Origin: an uncultured Acidobacteriota bacterium | Lineage (GTDB): Bacteria > Acidobacteriota > Thermoanaerobaculia > UBA5066 | DNA length: 64,000 nt | Direction of reading: 5' to 3' | Assembly: GCA_963779415.1 (NCBI GenBank) | Contig: CAVZYA010000002.1 | Location: 800,001 to 864,000, forward strand | Shown here: piece by piece, positions 51,502 through 61,569 of the stretch | Layout: each line of letters begins with the position of its first letter | Numbering within the stretch: position 1 is the stretch's first letter | The notes under the pieces: model-generated | Database searches by the model: none | The model's input: the letters and a program-made list of their open reading frames with translations, nothing else | Told to the model about the DNA's origin: nothing | Program-made: the position numbers and the translations under genes

Positions 51502-51891
51502 CTAGTCCCAGATTCGTTCCACGCCCTGGCCGTCGAGCGCTTCGTCGGCGCTCACGAGCTTCGATCCGGTGGCCGTGGCCGCGGCCAGGATGAGGCGGTC
51601 CATCGGGTCGCGCACGGCGGGAAACGACGCAAACGCCGTTGCCTGCTCGATGTCGAGAGCGAGAACTGCGTATCCGGCATGCCCGGCGAGTGTCTCGAGG
51701 ACGCGGGAGAGGCCGACGCGGAGGCGTCCTCTTTCGTAGAGGAGGGAGATCTCGACGAGCGAGATGGCGGGGACGTAGCAGAGCGAGCGGGCGACATCCG
51801 CCGAGCGGAAGGCGCGCTCCGCCGCCCGGCCGAGGCGCCGCCGGTCCGTCAGCTGCCAGACGAGGGCGTGGGTGTCGGCGACGAAGGTCAT
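51502..51891 (-). CDS. vapC: VapC-family PIN toxin
   Basis: FVADTHALVW, SLVEI, DPMDRLILA, LVSAD; ATGA overlap with the antitoxin. Confidence 0.88.
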   Translation of the reverse strand: MTFVADTHALVWQLTDRRRLGRAAERAFRSADVARSLCYVPAISLVEISLLYERGRLRVGLSRVLETLAGHAGYAVLALDIEQATAFASFPAVRDPMDRLILAAATATGSKLVSADEALDGQGVERIWD

Positions 51892-52154
51892 GCGGGACGC
51901 GAGCGGCGTCCGAGCGAGCGCGACAGCTCGCGGCGGACGGCCCTGAAGTCCGCGAGGCCGGGCACCCTCGCCCCGGCGAGCGCGTCGGCGAGAGGACGTG
52001 GTGGGGGCGTCACGCCCCCGGCGGGAGCCTGCAGCGCGCGTTCGAGAAGCCGCTCGACCTGCTGGGAAAGAGAGCGCCCCTCGGTTCGCGCCAGGGCCTC
52101 GAGCCGCGCGCGCGTCACCCGGGGGAGGCGGACGGTCACGACGGCGTCTTTCAT
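51888..52154 (-). CDS. Ribbon-helix-helix antitoxin
   Basis: MKDAVVTVRLP...LEALARTEGRSLSQQVERLL, directly upstream of vapC. Confidence 0.8.
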   Translation of the reverse strand: MKDAVVTVRLPRVTRARLEALARTEGRSLSQQVERLLERALQAPAGGVTPPPRPLADALAGARVPGLADFRAVRRELSRSLGRRSRPA

Positions 52155-52190
52155 GTATTTGAATGTATGCGGAGCGCATCGGTCCGTCAA
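52155..52190 (-). promoter_or_regulatory. Leaderless sigma70 promoter of the TA operon
   Basis: TTGACG-17 nt-TACATT-7 nt-ATG; ATACAT direct repeat is a possible RHH operator. Confidence 0.65.
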
Positions 52191-52232
52191 GACGAGGCAC
52201 CGCGACGCTCCGCGGCGGGCTAGAATCGGCCC

Positions 52233-53108
52233 GTGCCGCGTCTCGAAGTCCGGAAGACGTACAAGCTCCTGATCGGCGGGGCGTTCGTCCGGACGGAGTC
52301 GGGGCGGGCGTACCGCGCGACCTCCCCCGCGGGCGAGTTCCTCGCGCACGTTCCCCTCGGATCGCGGAAGGACGTCCGCGACGCCGTCAAGGCGGCCCGG
52401 GGCGCGTTCGGCGGATGGTCGGGGCGGACGGCTTACAACCGCGGGCAGATCCTCTATCGCGCCGCCGAGATGCTGGAAGAGCGCCGGGCCGAGTTCGCCT
52501 CGGCGCTCGTCCGATCGACGGGAGCGTCGCGCGGCGCGGCCGGGCGCGAGGTGGCCGTCGCCGTCGACCGGCTGGTCCACTTCGCCGGCTGGGCCGACAA
52601 GATCGCGGCCGTCCTCGGCTCCGTGAATCCCGTCGCGGCGCCCTACTTCGACTTCTCCGTCCCCGAGCCGACCGGTGTCGTCGGGATCGTCTCGCCGGAG
52701 AGCCCCGCGCTCCTGCCTCTCGTCACCCGGCTTGCCGCCGTGACCGTGTCGGGGAACACGGCCGTCGCCATCGCCTCCGGGAGGACGCCGATCCCGGCTC
52801 TTCTCTTCGGGGAAGTGATCGGGACGAGCGACGTCCCTTCCGGCGTCGTCAACATCGTGACGGGAAGGAAGTCCGAGCTGGTGCCGGCCCTCGCCGCTCA
52901 CCGCGACGTCGACGCCCTCGACGACGGTTCGGACGACCCGGCTCTCTCGAAGCGGATCGAGGAGGAGGCCGCCGACCGCGTTCGGCGGATCGCTCGTCCG
53001 AAGGCGACGTCTCGGGCCGACTGGTTCTCGGCGCGCGCGTGCGAGGGGATCGCCGCGGTCGAGCCGTTCGTCGAGATCAAGACGACGTGGCATCCCGCGG
53101 GAGCGTGA
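52233..53108 (+). CDS. Short aldehyde dehydrogenase-like protein (NAD-binding domain; no catalytic domain)
   Basis: RKTYKLLIGGAFVRTESGR, TAYNRGQILYR, EPTGVVG, KTTWHP; lacks ELGGK and the catalytic Cys. Confidence 0.85.
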   Translation: MPRLEVRKTYKLLIGGAFVRTESGRAYRATSPAGEFLAHVPLGSRKDVRDAVKAARGAFGGWSGRTAYNRGQILYRAAEMLEERRAEFASALVRSTGASRGAAGREVAVAVDRLVHFAGWADKIAAVLGSVNPVAAPYFDFSVPEPTGVVGIVSPESPALLPLVTRLAAVTVSGNTAVAIASGRTPIPALLFGEVIGTSDVPSGVVNIVTGRKSELVPALAAHRDVDALDDGSDDPALSKRIEEEAADRVRRIARPKATSRADWFSARACEGIAAVEPFVEIKTTWHPAGA

Positions 53109-53791
53109 CGAAACCCCTCTTTTTCTTCGATCTGGACGACACCCTCCTCGACCATCACGGAGCCGAGGAGGCGGCGCACCGCGCCACGCACGCGGAGCTT
53201 CCGGGGATCTTCGGCGCCGTTTCGTTCTCCGAATGGCTGGAGAGGTACCGGCGGAACAACCTCGCTCTCTGGGCTCTCTACGGAAGAGGAGAGATCGGCC
53301 GGCACGAGCTGAGCAGCCGCCGGTTCTCCGACCCGCTCCTCGAGCTGGACCTCGATCCGGCGCACGGGGAGACGGTCGGAAGGGTCTACCTCGACTTTTA
53401 CGCGCGGCACTGGCAGCTCGTGGACGGGGCCGAGGAGATCCTCGAGTTCGCGGCGCGGACGGGCGTCGTCGGGATCCTCTCGAACGGCCTCCGCGAGCAG
53501 CAGCGGAGCAAGATCCGGACGTTCCGCCTCGACCGCTGGGTCTCGCACGTCGTCCTCTCCGAGGACGTCGGAGCCATGAAGCCGGCGCGGGCGATCTTCG
53601 ACGCGGCCTGGCAGGCGGCCGGCGGCGGGAGCGTCCGGAAGGTCTACGTCGGGGACTCGTGGGAGACGGACGTCCTCGGCGCGAAGGCGGCCGGCTGGTT
53701 TCCGATCTGGTTCGACCGCCACGGCCGCGGCGCCCCGGCCCCGGTCGTCTTCGTCACGAAGCTCGTCGACCTCAAGCCGCTCCTCTCCTGA
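53105..53791 (+). CDS. HAD hydrolase (YjjG-like nucleotidase)
   Basis: FFDLDDTL, ILSNG, KP, YVGDSWETDV. Confidence 0.88.
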   Translation: MTKPLFFFDLDDTLLDHHGAEEAAHRATHAELPGIFGAVSFSEWLERYRRNNLALWALYGRGEIGRHELSSRRFSDPLLELDLDPAHGETVGRVYLDFYARHWQLVDGAEEILEFAARTGVVGILSNGLREQQRSKIRTFRLDRWVSHVVLSEDVGAMKPARAIFDAAWQAAGGGSVRKVYVGDSWETDVLGAKAAGWFPIWFDRHGRGAPAPVVFVTKLVDLKPLLS

Positions 53792-53794
53792 GAG

Positions 53795-55372
53795 CTACTT
53801 CTTCGGCGGGACCGAGGGGGGCGTGAGCGTCGCGGCGTCGAGGAGGGTCTTCCGCATCGCGGAGTGGAGGGCCTCGTTGTCGGCGGGCGGGACGAATCCG
53901 TGGTGCTCGAGGATGTTCCAGAGCCGGCCCGCGATCGTCTCCGACTTGGAGTGGCGGAGGAGGTAGTCGGTGGCGCCCGACTGGATGGCGAAGGCGAAAC
54001 GGCTCCGGTCGATCCGGGGCGACATCAGGACGACCGGCAGGTTGGCCGTGGCGTGCTGCGACCGGAGGACCCGGGTGACGTCGAAGCCGTCCATGCCGGG
54101 GAGGTTCGTGTCCATCAGGACGAGGTCGACGTCCTCCTTGAGGAGGATCTCCAGCGCCTTCTCGCCGCTACCCGTCCCGATCGTCTCGATCGCATACTGT
54201 CCCAGCGCGTCGGCCAGCTCGTTCCGCGCCCGGACTTCGTCGGCGACGACGAGAAGGACGGGAGCCCGGGTCTTCTTCGGCGGCGCGGGCGGCACCTTCG
54301 CCGTCACGGCAGAGGGGATCTTCGCGACCGGCATCGCGGCGGCGGAGACCTCGAAGGAAAGTCCGGCGGACGGCGGGATCGGCGTCCCGGCTGCGGACGG
54401 GAGCGGCGAGAAGTCCGGCTCGATCGGCGGCCACTCGGGTCCTGGTAGAGGCGCGGCCGGAGGCGGGGGCAGGAAGGCGGAGGCCTCCGGCGTGAGAGCG
54501 GCCTGCGGCTCCTCGAGAGGGGCGGCGGGAGCGAAGGGGCGCAGCATCGCCATCTCCGCCTCGAGGTCGGCCGCCGACGCGAACCGGTCGTCCGGGTTCT
54601 TCGCGAGGGCCCTGAGGACGATCGCGTGCAGCCCGGGCGAGATGTCGGAGAAGCGCGCGAGGTCGTCCGGGATCGGCTCCGAGACGTGCTTCATCGCGAT
54701 GATGAGCGGGGACTCTCCGTCGAACGGGACTTTTCCCGTCAGCATCTCGAAGGCCATGACCCCGATCGAGTAGACGTCGCTTCGCGCATCCGTGGGCCGG
54801 CCGAGCGCCTGCTCGGGCGACATGTAGTGCGGCGTCCCGACCATGACGCTGTCGAGCGTGAGGGTGACGCTCTGCTTTCCCCGGGCGAGGCCGAAGTCGA
54901 GGATCGCGACTGCGCCGCTCTCCTCGACCATGACGTTCTGCGACTTCAGGTCGCGATGGATGATCCCCAGCCGGTGCGCCGCCTCGGTGCCGAGCGCGAT
55001 CTGCCGGAGGATCGAGATGGACGGCGCCGGCGCGATCCGCCCCTCGCGCTGGATCAGCGTCCGGAGGTCGATCCCCGGGACGAACTCCATCGTGATGAAC
55101 GGGTAGTCGCCGCTCATCCCGAAGTCGTGGATCCGCGCCACGTTCGGATGCTTGATCTTCCGGTTCAGGTTGATCTCGCGCTTGAACCGCGTCAGGAGCT
55201 GCTGGTCGTCCGTCTCCCAGTCGGGCGAAAGGACCTTGATCGCCACCTCCTCGTCCAGCTCGAGGTCGTTCGCCCGGAAGACGATTCCCATCCCCCCGCG
55301 GCCGATCGTCTCGATCCAGCGGTATCGGGGAATTCCCTCGAAGAATCGGTCTCGAAGCCGGTCGAGATTCAT
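53795..55372 (-). CDS. Hanks-type Ser/Thr kinase with C-terminal receiver domain
   Basis: GRGGMG, VAIK, HRDLK, DFG, GTPHYMSPE; REC motif DLVLMDTNLPGMDG. Confidence 0.9.
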   Translation of the reverse strand: MNLDRLRDRFFEGIPRYRWIETIGRGGMGIVFRANDLELDEEVAIKVLSPDWETDDQQLLTRFKREINLNRKIKHPNVARIHDFGMSGDYPFITMEFVPGIDLRTLIQREGRIAPAPSISILRQIALGTEAAHRLGIIHRDLKSQNVMVEESGAVAILDFGLARGKQSVTLTLDSVMVGTPHYMSPEQALGRPTDARSDVYSIGVMAFEMLTGKVPFDGESPLIIAMKHVSEPIPDDLARFSDISPGLHAIVLRALAKNPDDRFASAADLEAEMAMLRPFAPAAPLEEPQAALTPEASAFLPPPPAAPLPGPEWPPIEPDFSPLPSAAGTPIPPSAGLSFEVSAAAMPVAKIPSAVTAKVPPAPPKKTRAPVLLVVADEVRARNELADALGQYAIETIGTGSGEKALEILLKEDVDLVLMDTNLPGMDGFDVTRVLRSQHATANLPVVLMSPRIDRSRFAFAIQSGATDYLLRHSKSETIAGRLWNILEHHGFVPPADNEALHSAMRKTLLDAATLTPPSVPPKK

Positions 55373-55478
55373 GACGCTGTTCGTGGCCTTCGGCCGCGGA
55401 AGGAGAGCGTAGCAGGCCCGGGCGCCTCGCGGAAACGGGTCGCGGCCGGAAGACGGGAAGGGGGATAATCGGCGCCTC

Positions 55479-56048
55479 GTGGGCCTGCACTCCTCGATCG
55501 CCGGGATCGCGATCCTCCTCGTGGCGGGGGACGCCGCGGGACAGGCGCTTTCGCCCTCGCAGGGGCACTCCACCCATCAGGTGGCCGAGTTCACGCTCCC
55601 GGACGTCGAAGGCCGCCCCGTCAGCCTGTCGTCATATCAGGGGAAGTCGGGCGTCCTGATCGCCTTCGTGAAAGGGACCTGGTGCCCGCATTGCCAGGAC
55701 CTCATCCTCCAGCTTCAGCAGCTCAAGGCGACCGACCTCATCCGGATCCCCGTCCTCGTCGTCTCGCCCGAGCCGGCGTCACAGACGATCGGATGGGTGA
55801 AGAAGGTCGAGGCCGAGCGGGGGATTCGCCTCTCGATGCGGTTCGTCGTCGACTCGGCTCTCCGCTTCGCGCCCCGCTACGGCCTGACGCGGGAGATCAG
55901 CGGCACGCAGGGGCGCCCGCCGAACATCGTCCTGCTCGATCCGACGGGACGGCAGGTCTGGTCGTCGGCCGAGGGGCACGACAAGAACGTCGCGATCGGC
56001 CCGTCGCTCCATGCGCGGATCGAGGAGATCCGGGCGAAGGCGCACTGA
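55479..56048 (+). CDS. Exported AhpC/TSA-type redoxin
   Basis: Signal peptide, FTLPD, WCPHC. Confidence 0.8.
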   Translation: MGLHSSIAGIAILLVAGDAAGQALSPSQGHSTHQVAEFTLPDVEGRPVSLSSYQGKSGVLIAFVKGTWCPHCQDLILQLQQLKATDLIRIPVLVVSPEPASQTIGWVKKVEAERGIRLSMRFVVDSALRFAPRYGLTREISGTQGRPPNIVLLDPTGRQVWSSAEGHDKNVAIGPSLHARIEEIRAKAH

Positions 56049-56088
56049 CGCCGCCGAAGCGCCGGAGGAGCCTCCGCCTCGACCAACC

Positions 56089-57168
56089 TCAGTACTTGGG
56101 GGGCTGAGGCGTGCTGCTGTCGGTCACGACGACGTTTGTTGCGACGGTGGAGCCGCCGGAGTCGTTCGTCACCGTCAGGATGACGCGGTACGTCCCCACT
56201 GCGGCGTACGTGTGCGACCGGGACAACTCGGGGCCCGTCTCCGTCGGGCTGCCATCGCCCCATGTCCAGCCGAGGGAGAGCGGGTTGTTCGTCGGCACGG
56301 CCCCGAAGAGAACGGCGTCGCCGGCCACCGGCTTGGACGGCTGGTAGCCGATGGTGGCGAAGGCGGCGCCGGCAGGCGGCGGGACGGCCACGACGGCGAA
56401 CGGGTCGCCCGACGCGTTGTTGATGACGGAGGCGTAGGAGAGAACGGGGGTGTCGCTCACGAACTCGAGCCAGAGATTCGTGTCGGTCGTGGAGACCGCA
56501 GGCTGGAAGTCGGTCAGGAAGTTGTTGATCTGCTTGAAGCCGTTCGGGTCGAGCTTGAGGATCGCCTGCGAGAGGAAGGAGCCGTCTCCCCGACGGAGCG
56601 TGGCGACGACGGTGGCCGTCACCTGGTCGCTGGGATTCACGAAGACGACGTTGGACCGGTAGCCCGTGAGGGGTTCCGTGCTCGTACCGAGCTGGACGAG
56701 CGAGCCCGCCGGCGCCGCCAGCGAGACGTCCAGCCCGGGGATCCACTGACCGGAGACCGAGCCGTTGCCGCAGCCGTTGTAGTTGTTCGTGCCGGACGAG
56801 ACCACGAGGGGGGAAGACGCCTGAAACCGGACCGGGCCGAAAGAGCCGTGCGGCTGGTTGAAGAGGACGCCGATGATGTTGTCGAAGGCGACCTGCCCGC
56901 GCGCCGGAACCGTGAAGTTCCCCTGAGTGACCGTCGCGGCGGTGATCTGCGCGGCCGGGTTCGCCTGTCGGTAGAAGACGGGCGTCACGAGGACGGGGAG
57001 CCCCGTCGCGTTGTAGATCCGGACATCCGTCCGGTAGTCGGCGCCTCCCCCTCCGGACGTGTAGCCGGTCGACGGGATGATGACGTCGGCTCGCAGGGGT
57101 CCGCGGGCGGCGAGTGCGGCCCCGAGCACGGTGGCGAGACGAAGGAATCGATTCGACGTGAGGACCAC
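56089..57168 (-). CDS. Secreted protein with C-terminal PKD domain
   Basis: Signal peptide, YRTDVRIYN, YASVINNASGDP, WTWGDG...HTYAAVGTYRVILTV. Confidence 0.8.
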   Translation of the reverse strand: MVLTSNRFLRLATVLGAALAARGPLRADVIIPSTGYTSGGGGADYRTDVRIYNATGLPVLVTPVFYRQANPAAQITAATVTQGNFTVPARGQVAFDNIIGVLFNQPHGSFGPVRFQASSPLVVSSGTNNYNGCGNGSVSGQWIPGLDVSLAAPAGSLVQLGTSTEPLTGYRSNVVFVNPSDQVTATVVATLRRGDGSFLSQAILKLDPNGFKQINNFLTDFQPAVSTTDTNLWLEFVSDTPVLSYASVINNASGDPFAVVAVPPPAGAAFATIGYQPSKPVAGDAVLFGAVPTNNPLSLGWTWGDGSPTETGPELSRSHTYAAVGTYRVILTVTNDSGGSTVATNVVVTDSSTPQPPKY

Positions 57169-57254
57169 CTTCTGCCTCCTTTTCCCGGGAAGGATCGCGG
57201 CGTCCTCCCTCCCGCGCCGGAGGGGGCGTCGTCCCATATTGCGACACATTCTCA

Positions 57255-57270
57255 AGCAAAGGCGAGGCCA
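57255..57270 (-). promoter_or_regulatory. Putative sigma54 promoter of the PKD gene
   Basis: TGGCCT-CGCCT-TTGCT, a close match to TGGCAC-N5-TTGCW. Confidence 0.55.
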
Positions 57271-57331
57271 GAGCCATCGTCCCTTTTTGCGGATGTGGGA
57301 ATCGTGACCCCTCCGGTAGACTGCCCGGGCG

Positions 57332-58276
57332 ATGAGCTTCTGGGCGTCGCGCCGCGTCCTCGTCACCGGGGGAGGAGGCTTTCTGGGCCGCGCTCTTCTC
57401 CGGACGCTTTCCGAGCGCGGTGCCGCGCACGTCTTCGCCCCGGGAATCGACGAGCTGGACCTTCGGGAGAAGCCGGCGATCCGCCGGTTCCTCGCCGGGA
57501 CGAAGCCCGATCTCGTCCTCCACGCGGCCGCGGTCGTCGGCGGAATCGGGGCGAACCGCGCCCACCCCGGGCGCTTCTTCTACGAGAACGCCGCCATGGG
57601 GATCGAGCTGATCGAGGAGGCGCGGCGGGCGGGCGTCGCGAAGCTCGTCTGCCTCGGGACGATCTGCGCCTATCCGAAGCTCACGCCCGTGCCGTTCCGC
57701 GAGGAAGAGCTCTGGAACGGCTATCCGGAGGAGACGAACGCGCCGTACGGCCTCGCGAAGAAGATGCTCCTCGTCCAGCTCCAGGCCTACCGCGCCGAGT
57801 ACGGCTTCCGTGGCGTCTTCCTCCTCCCGGTCAATCTCTACGGCCCCGGGGACAACTTCGACCTCGAGACGAGCCACGTCATCCCCGCCATGATCCGGAA
57901 GTTCGTCGAGGCGAAAGCGGCGGGCGTGGCGGAGGTGACGCTCTGGGGGGACGGCTCGCCGACGCGCGAGTTCCTCTACGTCGACGACGCGGCCGACGGG
58001 ATCGTGACCGCCGCGGAGAAGTTCGACGGCGGCGAGCCAGTCAACCTCGGGTCGGGAGAGGAGATTGCCATCCGCGATCTCGCCTCCCTCGTCGCGAAGG
58101 AGACCGGCTACGCGGGCGAAATCCGGTGGGACACGACGAAGCCGAACGGCCAGCCCCGCCGCCGCCTCGACGTCTCCCGGGCCGAGCGCCTATTCGGCTG
58201 GCGGGCTCGCACCCCGTTCTCCGAGGGGCTCGGGAGGACTGTCGCGTGGTATCGGGGGAACCCGGCCGGGGCCTGA
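57332..58276 (+). CDS. fcl: GDP-L-fucose synthase
   Basis: [45 protein letters not shown]. Confidence 0.93.
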   Translation: MSFWASRRVLVTGGGGFLGRALLRTLSERGAAHVFAPGIDELDLREKPAIRRFLAGTKPDLVLHAAAVVGGIGANRAHPGRFFYENAAMGIELIEEARRAGVAKLVCLGTICAYPKLTPVPFREEELWNGYPEETNAPYGLAKKMLLVQLQAYRAEYGFRGVFLLPVNLYGPGDNFDLETSHVIPAMIRKFVEAKAAGVAEVTLWGDGSPTREFLYVDDAADGIVTAAEKFDGGEPVNLGSGEEIAIRDLASLVAKETGYAGEIRWDTTKPNGQPRRRLDVSRAERLFGWRARTPFSEGLGRTVAWYRGNPAGA

Positions 58277-59305
58277 GCCCAGCAGCTTCTCGCACCTCCA
58301 CTCGAGGTAGTGCCCGAAGAACCAGAGCCAGCGGAAGGCGGGGTTCTTCGATTCGCCGCGGTGGTAGCGCAGGTAGATCTGCTGCGCGATGACGGCGAGG
58401 CGGAAGAGGCCGTAGACCTCGTAGAAGGCCCAGTTCCCGGGCGAGTAACCCGTCTTCGAAAGGTAGTAGTCGACGACCTCGCGGCGCGTCGGCATGCCCG
58501 GAAGATGGGTCGGCTGACGGCGCGTGGCGCGCGCGACGGGGTCGTCGCCGGCCTCGACCCAGTACGCGAGGCTGTTGCCGAGATCCATCAGCGGATCGCC
58601 CAGCGTCGCCATCTCCCAGTCGAGGATCCCGACGACGCGGGCGGGGTCGGCCGGATCGAGGACGACGTTGTCGAGCCGGTAGTCGCCGTGGACGACGCAG
58701 GTGGCGACGTCCTCCGGTGTGTTCTCCTTCAGCCAGCCGATGACCCGCCGGAAACGCGGGGCGTTCCACGTCCGCGCCTTTTCCCACCGGTCGCTCCACC
58801 CGTCGATCTGCCGCCGGGCGTAGCCGGCTCCCTTGCCGAGCCCTTCGAGGCCGGCGGCTTTCGGGTCGATCCGGTGGAGGTCCACGAGTCGGTCGAGGAC
58901 GGAAAGGCACATCCGCCGCGCACCCTCGGGATCGAGGGAGAAGCCCGCCGGAAGATCCCTCCGGAGGATGACGCCGGGGATCCGGCGCATGACGTAGAAG
59001 TCGCCGCCGAGGACGGCCGCGTCGTCGCAGAAGGCGATCATCTCCGGAACGTACGGATAGAGCGGGCGGAGCGCCTGCTGCACGCGGAACTCCCGCCCCA
59101 TGTCGTGCGCCGACTTCGCCTTCGTCCCGGCGGGCGGCCGGCGGAGGACGAGGTCGTGGCTCTCGTATTCGATCCGGTAGGTCCAGTTGGAGGCGCCCCC
59201 GGAATATTGCGTCACGCGCGGAGTCCCGGAGAGCCCCGGAAGACGCGCCTTGAGCCACACGTCGACGGCGGCGAGATTCAGCTCCTCGCCGGGGCGGGAT
59301 CTCAC
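58190..59305 (-). CDS. APH-family phosphotransferase (ACAD10/11 N-terminal-like)
   Basis: [41 protein letters not shown]. Confidence 0.88.
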   Translation of the reverse strand: MRSRPGEELNLAAVDVWLKARLPGLSGTPRVTQYSGGASNWTYRIEYESHDLVLRRPPAGTKAKSAHDMGREFRVQQALRPLYPYVPEMIAFCDDAAVLGGDFYVMRRIPGVILRRDLPAGFSLDPEGARRMCLSVLDRLVDLHRIDPKAAGLEGLGKGAGYARRQIDGWSDRWEKARTWNAPRFRRVIGWLKENTPEDVATCVVHGDYRLDNVVLDPADPARVVGILDWEMATLGDPLMDLGNSLAYWVEAGDDPVARATRRQPTHLPGMPTRREVVDYYLSKTGYSPGNWAFYEVYGLFRLAVIAQQIYLRYHRGESKNPAFRWLWFFGHYLEWRCEKLLGSGPGRVPPIPRDSPPEPLGERGASPPAE

Positions 59306-60508
59306 CGGTCCTTCATTCCGTATCCGCGCAGGATCCGCCTCGCCACGCACTCGATGTGGACCTCGTCGGCGCCGTCGTAGATCCGGGCCGCCCTCTCGTG
59401 GGCCCACCACCAGGCGAGCGGCGTGTCGTCCGTCATCCCGAGGCCGCCGAGACCCTGAAGGGCGCGGTCGAGGACCCGCTGCATCGTCCGCGCGACCGTG
59501 AACTTCAGGAGCGAGATCTCCTCCCGCGCCGCGCGTGCCCCTTCCTCCTCGATCTTCCACGCGGCGTGGAGGACCATGAGCCGCGCCGCGTGGATCTCGG
59601 CGCGGCTCTCGGCGATTCCCTGCTGGACGATCTGCTTCGTCCCGAGCGGCCGGCCGGGGGAAAGCTCGCGCGTCGCCGCGTGGCGGCAGAGGATGTCGAG
59701 CGCCCGCTCGCAGACGCCGATCCAGCGCATCGCGTGGTGGATCCGGCCGGGTCCGAGGCGCTCCTGCGCCATGGCGAAGCCCGCCCCTTCCTCGCCGAGC
59801 AGGTTCGAGAGAGGGACCCGGGCGTCCTGATAGCTCACCTCGCCGTGGCTCGCCCAGCCGGCCCCCCGCTCGCCCATCACGGAGATGTTCCCGACGAGGA
59901 CGAAGCCTTCTGTTCGCGTCGGAACGAGGATCATGCTGGCGCGGCGGTACGGATCGGGGGCCTCGGGGCTCGTCACCGCCATGCAGACGGCGAAGGCCGC
60001 GCCGTCGGCCGAGGACGCGAACCACTTGTGCCCGCGGAGGACCCACGAATCGCCGTCCCGCCGGGCGGTCGTCCCGAGCCAGACGGGGTTCGAGCCGGCG
60101 AACTCGGGCTCGGTCATCGTGAAGCAGCTCCGGATCTCGCCGCGGACGAGGGGAAGAAGGAAACGCTCCTGCTGCTCCGGCGTGCCGTGCCCCATCAGGA
60201 TCTCCATGTTCCCGACGTCGGGCGCCTGCACGTTGAAGACGAAGTGTCCGAGCGGGCTCCGTCCCAGCTCCTCGCTCATGTGGGCGAACTCGACGAGGGA
60301 GAGCCCCGCGCCGCCGTACGCCTCCGGGACATGCGCCGAAAAGAGCCCGGTCGCCCGCGCTTTCTTCCGCGCCTCCTCGAGGGCCGGCATCAGCGCCGCA
60401 AAATCCGCCATGCCGGAGACCGGCCTCGAGCGGGAGGATCTCCTTCTCCACGAACTCGCGGACGAGGCTTCGAATCGCCTGAACCTTCGGTGACTCGGAG
60501 AAGTCCAT
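59302..60508 (-). CDS. Acyl-CoA dehydrogenase (frameshift near 60410)
   Basis: APDVGNME, MTEP, GHKWF, AQERLGPGRIHH, RIYDGADEVH. Confidence 0.92.
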
Positions 60509-60519
60509 CCCCGCGATTA

Positions 60520-60809
60520 TCGGCCGGCACGCTTCTCGAAGAGGCCGAGCGGCGTTTCCCGAAGGCCCGGTACATCTTCCTCTGCGTCTCGTCGTTCAAT
60601 CCGCGCGTGCGCGCCCTCTACGAGCGGCACGGCCGGTGGCGTAATGAACATGGGGAGCAATCTCGGAGGGCTCGTCTCGCCGGCGCTAACGCCGGTCCTA
60701 GCAGCCGCGGTCAGCTGGGAAAACGCACTCCACGTCGCGGCCGCTCTCTCGGTCGTCGGTGGCCTCCTCTGGCTCGGGATCGGGGAGCCGCCCGGGGCGG
60801 CCGGTCCGG
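60520..60809 (+). pseudogene. Chimeric remnant: GNAT acetyltransferase C-terminal fragment joined to an MFS transporter C-terminal fragment
   Basis: TLLEEAERRFPKARYIFLCVSSFNPRVRALYERHG, then AGGVMNMGSNLGGLVSPALTPVLAAAVSWENALHVAAALSVVGGLLWLGI. Confidence 0.7.
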
Positions 60810-61439
60810 CTACAGCTTGAGCCGGAACCCGGCCGACAGGATCACGGGATTCAGCTTCAGCGTCTGAGTCGACCCGGATGCGCCGTACGAGTCGACCTTC
60901 AGCGGAAGGTAGCGTCCGTCGACCCCGAACGACAGGAGCCCGAGGAGCGTGAGGTCGACGCCGAGCGCCGCCTCGAAGGCTCCTTTGCTCTTCACGGTGA
61001 TCGCGCCGATGCCGGACGCCGTCAGGTCGTCGCTGCTCAGGTTCCCCATCCAGACCCAGGCTCCGCCCACCCCGGCCCAGACGTCGAGGAACCCCGGATG
61101 GAGCGGGTGGATCTTCAGGAGGAGAGAGACGGGGCGCATCTCGAGACTCCCGAGGTCGATGGCCTTCTGCCCGTAGACGTCGAGCGCCCCCTTCGACCAG
61201 AGGTTGAAGACGGAGACCTCCCCCTCGAGGAGGTTCGTGAAGCCGTAGCCGAGGGTCCCCCCGACGCCCCACCCCGAGTCGAACTTGACGTCGACGCCGT
61301 TGGCGGAATCGACGGTGGTCGTCCCGTTCATCAGGACGCCGGAGCCCCAAACGCCGATGGAGAGCTTTCCGGCCTGGGCGAGCGCGGAGCCGGAGGCCAC
61401 GAGAAGCCAGAGTACGAGGAGCGGCCGAGCCAACTTCAT
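60810..61439 (-). CDS. OmpW-like outer-membrane beta-barrel protein
   Basis: Signal peptide, amphipathic beta strands, C-terminal LNPVILSAGFRLKL. Confidence 0.8.
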   Translation of the reverse strand: MKLARPLLVLWLLVASGSALAQAGKLSIGVWGSGVLMNGTTTVDSANGVDVKFDSGWGVGGTLGYGFTNLLEGEVSVFNLWSKGALDVYGQKAIDLGSLEMRPVSLLLKIHPLHPGFLDVWAGVGGAWVWMGNLSSDDLTASGIGAITVKSKGAFEAALGVDLTLLGLLSFGVDGRYLPLKVDSYGASGSTQTLKLNPVILSAGFRLKL

Positions 61440-61569
61440 GACCTTTCCCTTTCCTTCGAGTCCCGCGGCGGTGTCGCGCGAATTCGGCGTTCGATTGGCG
61501 CGCGAAAGTGTAGCATCGCGGTCGAAGCGGCGGACCGGGAGCGTTTCTGAAGCGAGGAGGTTTTCGGCG

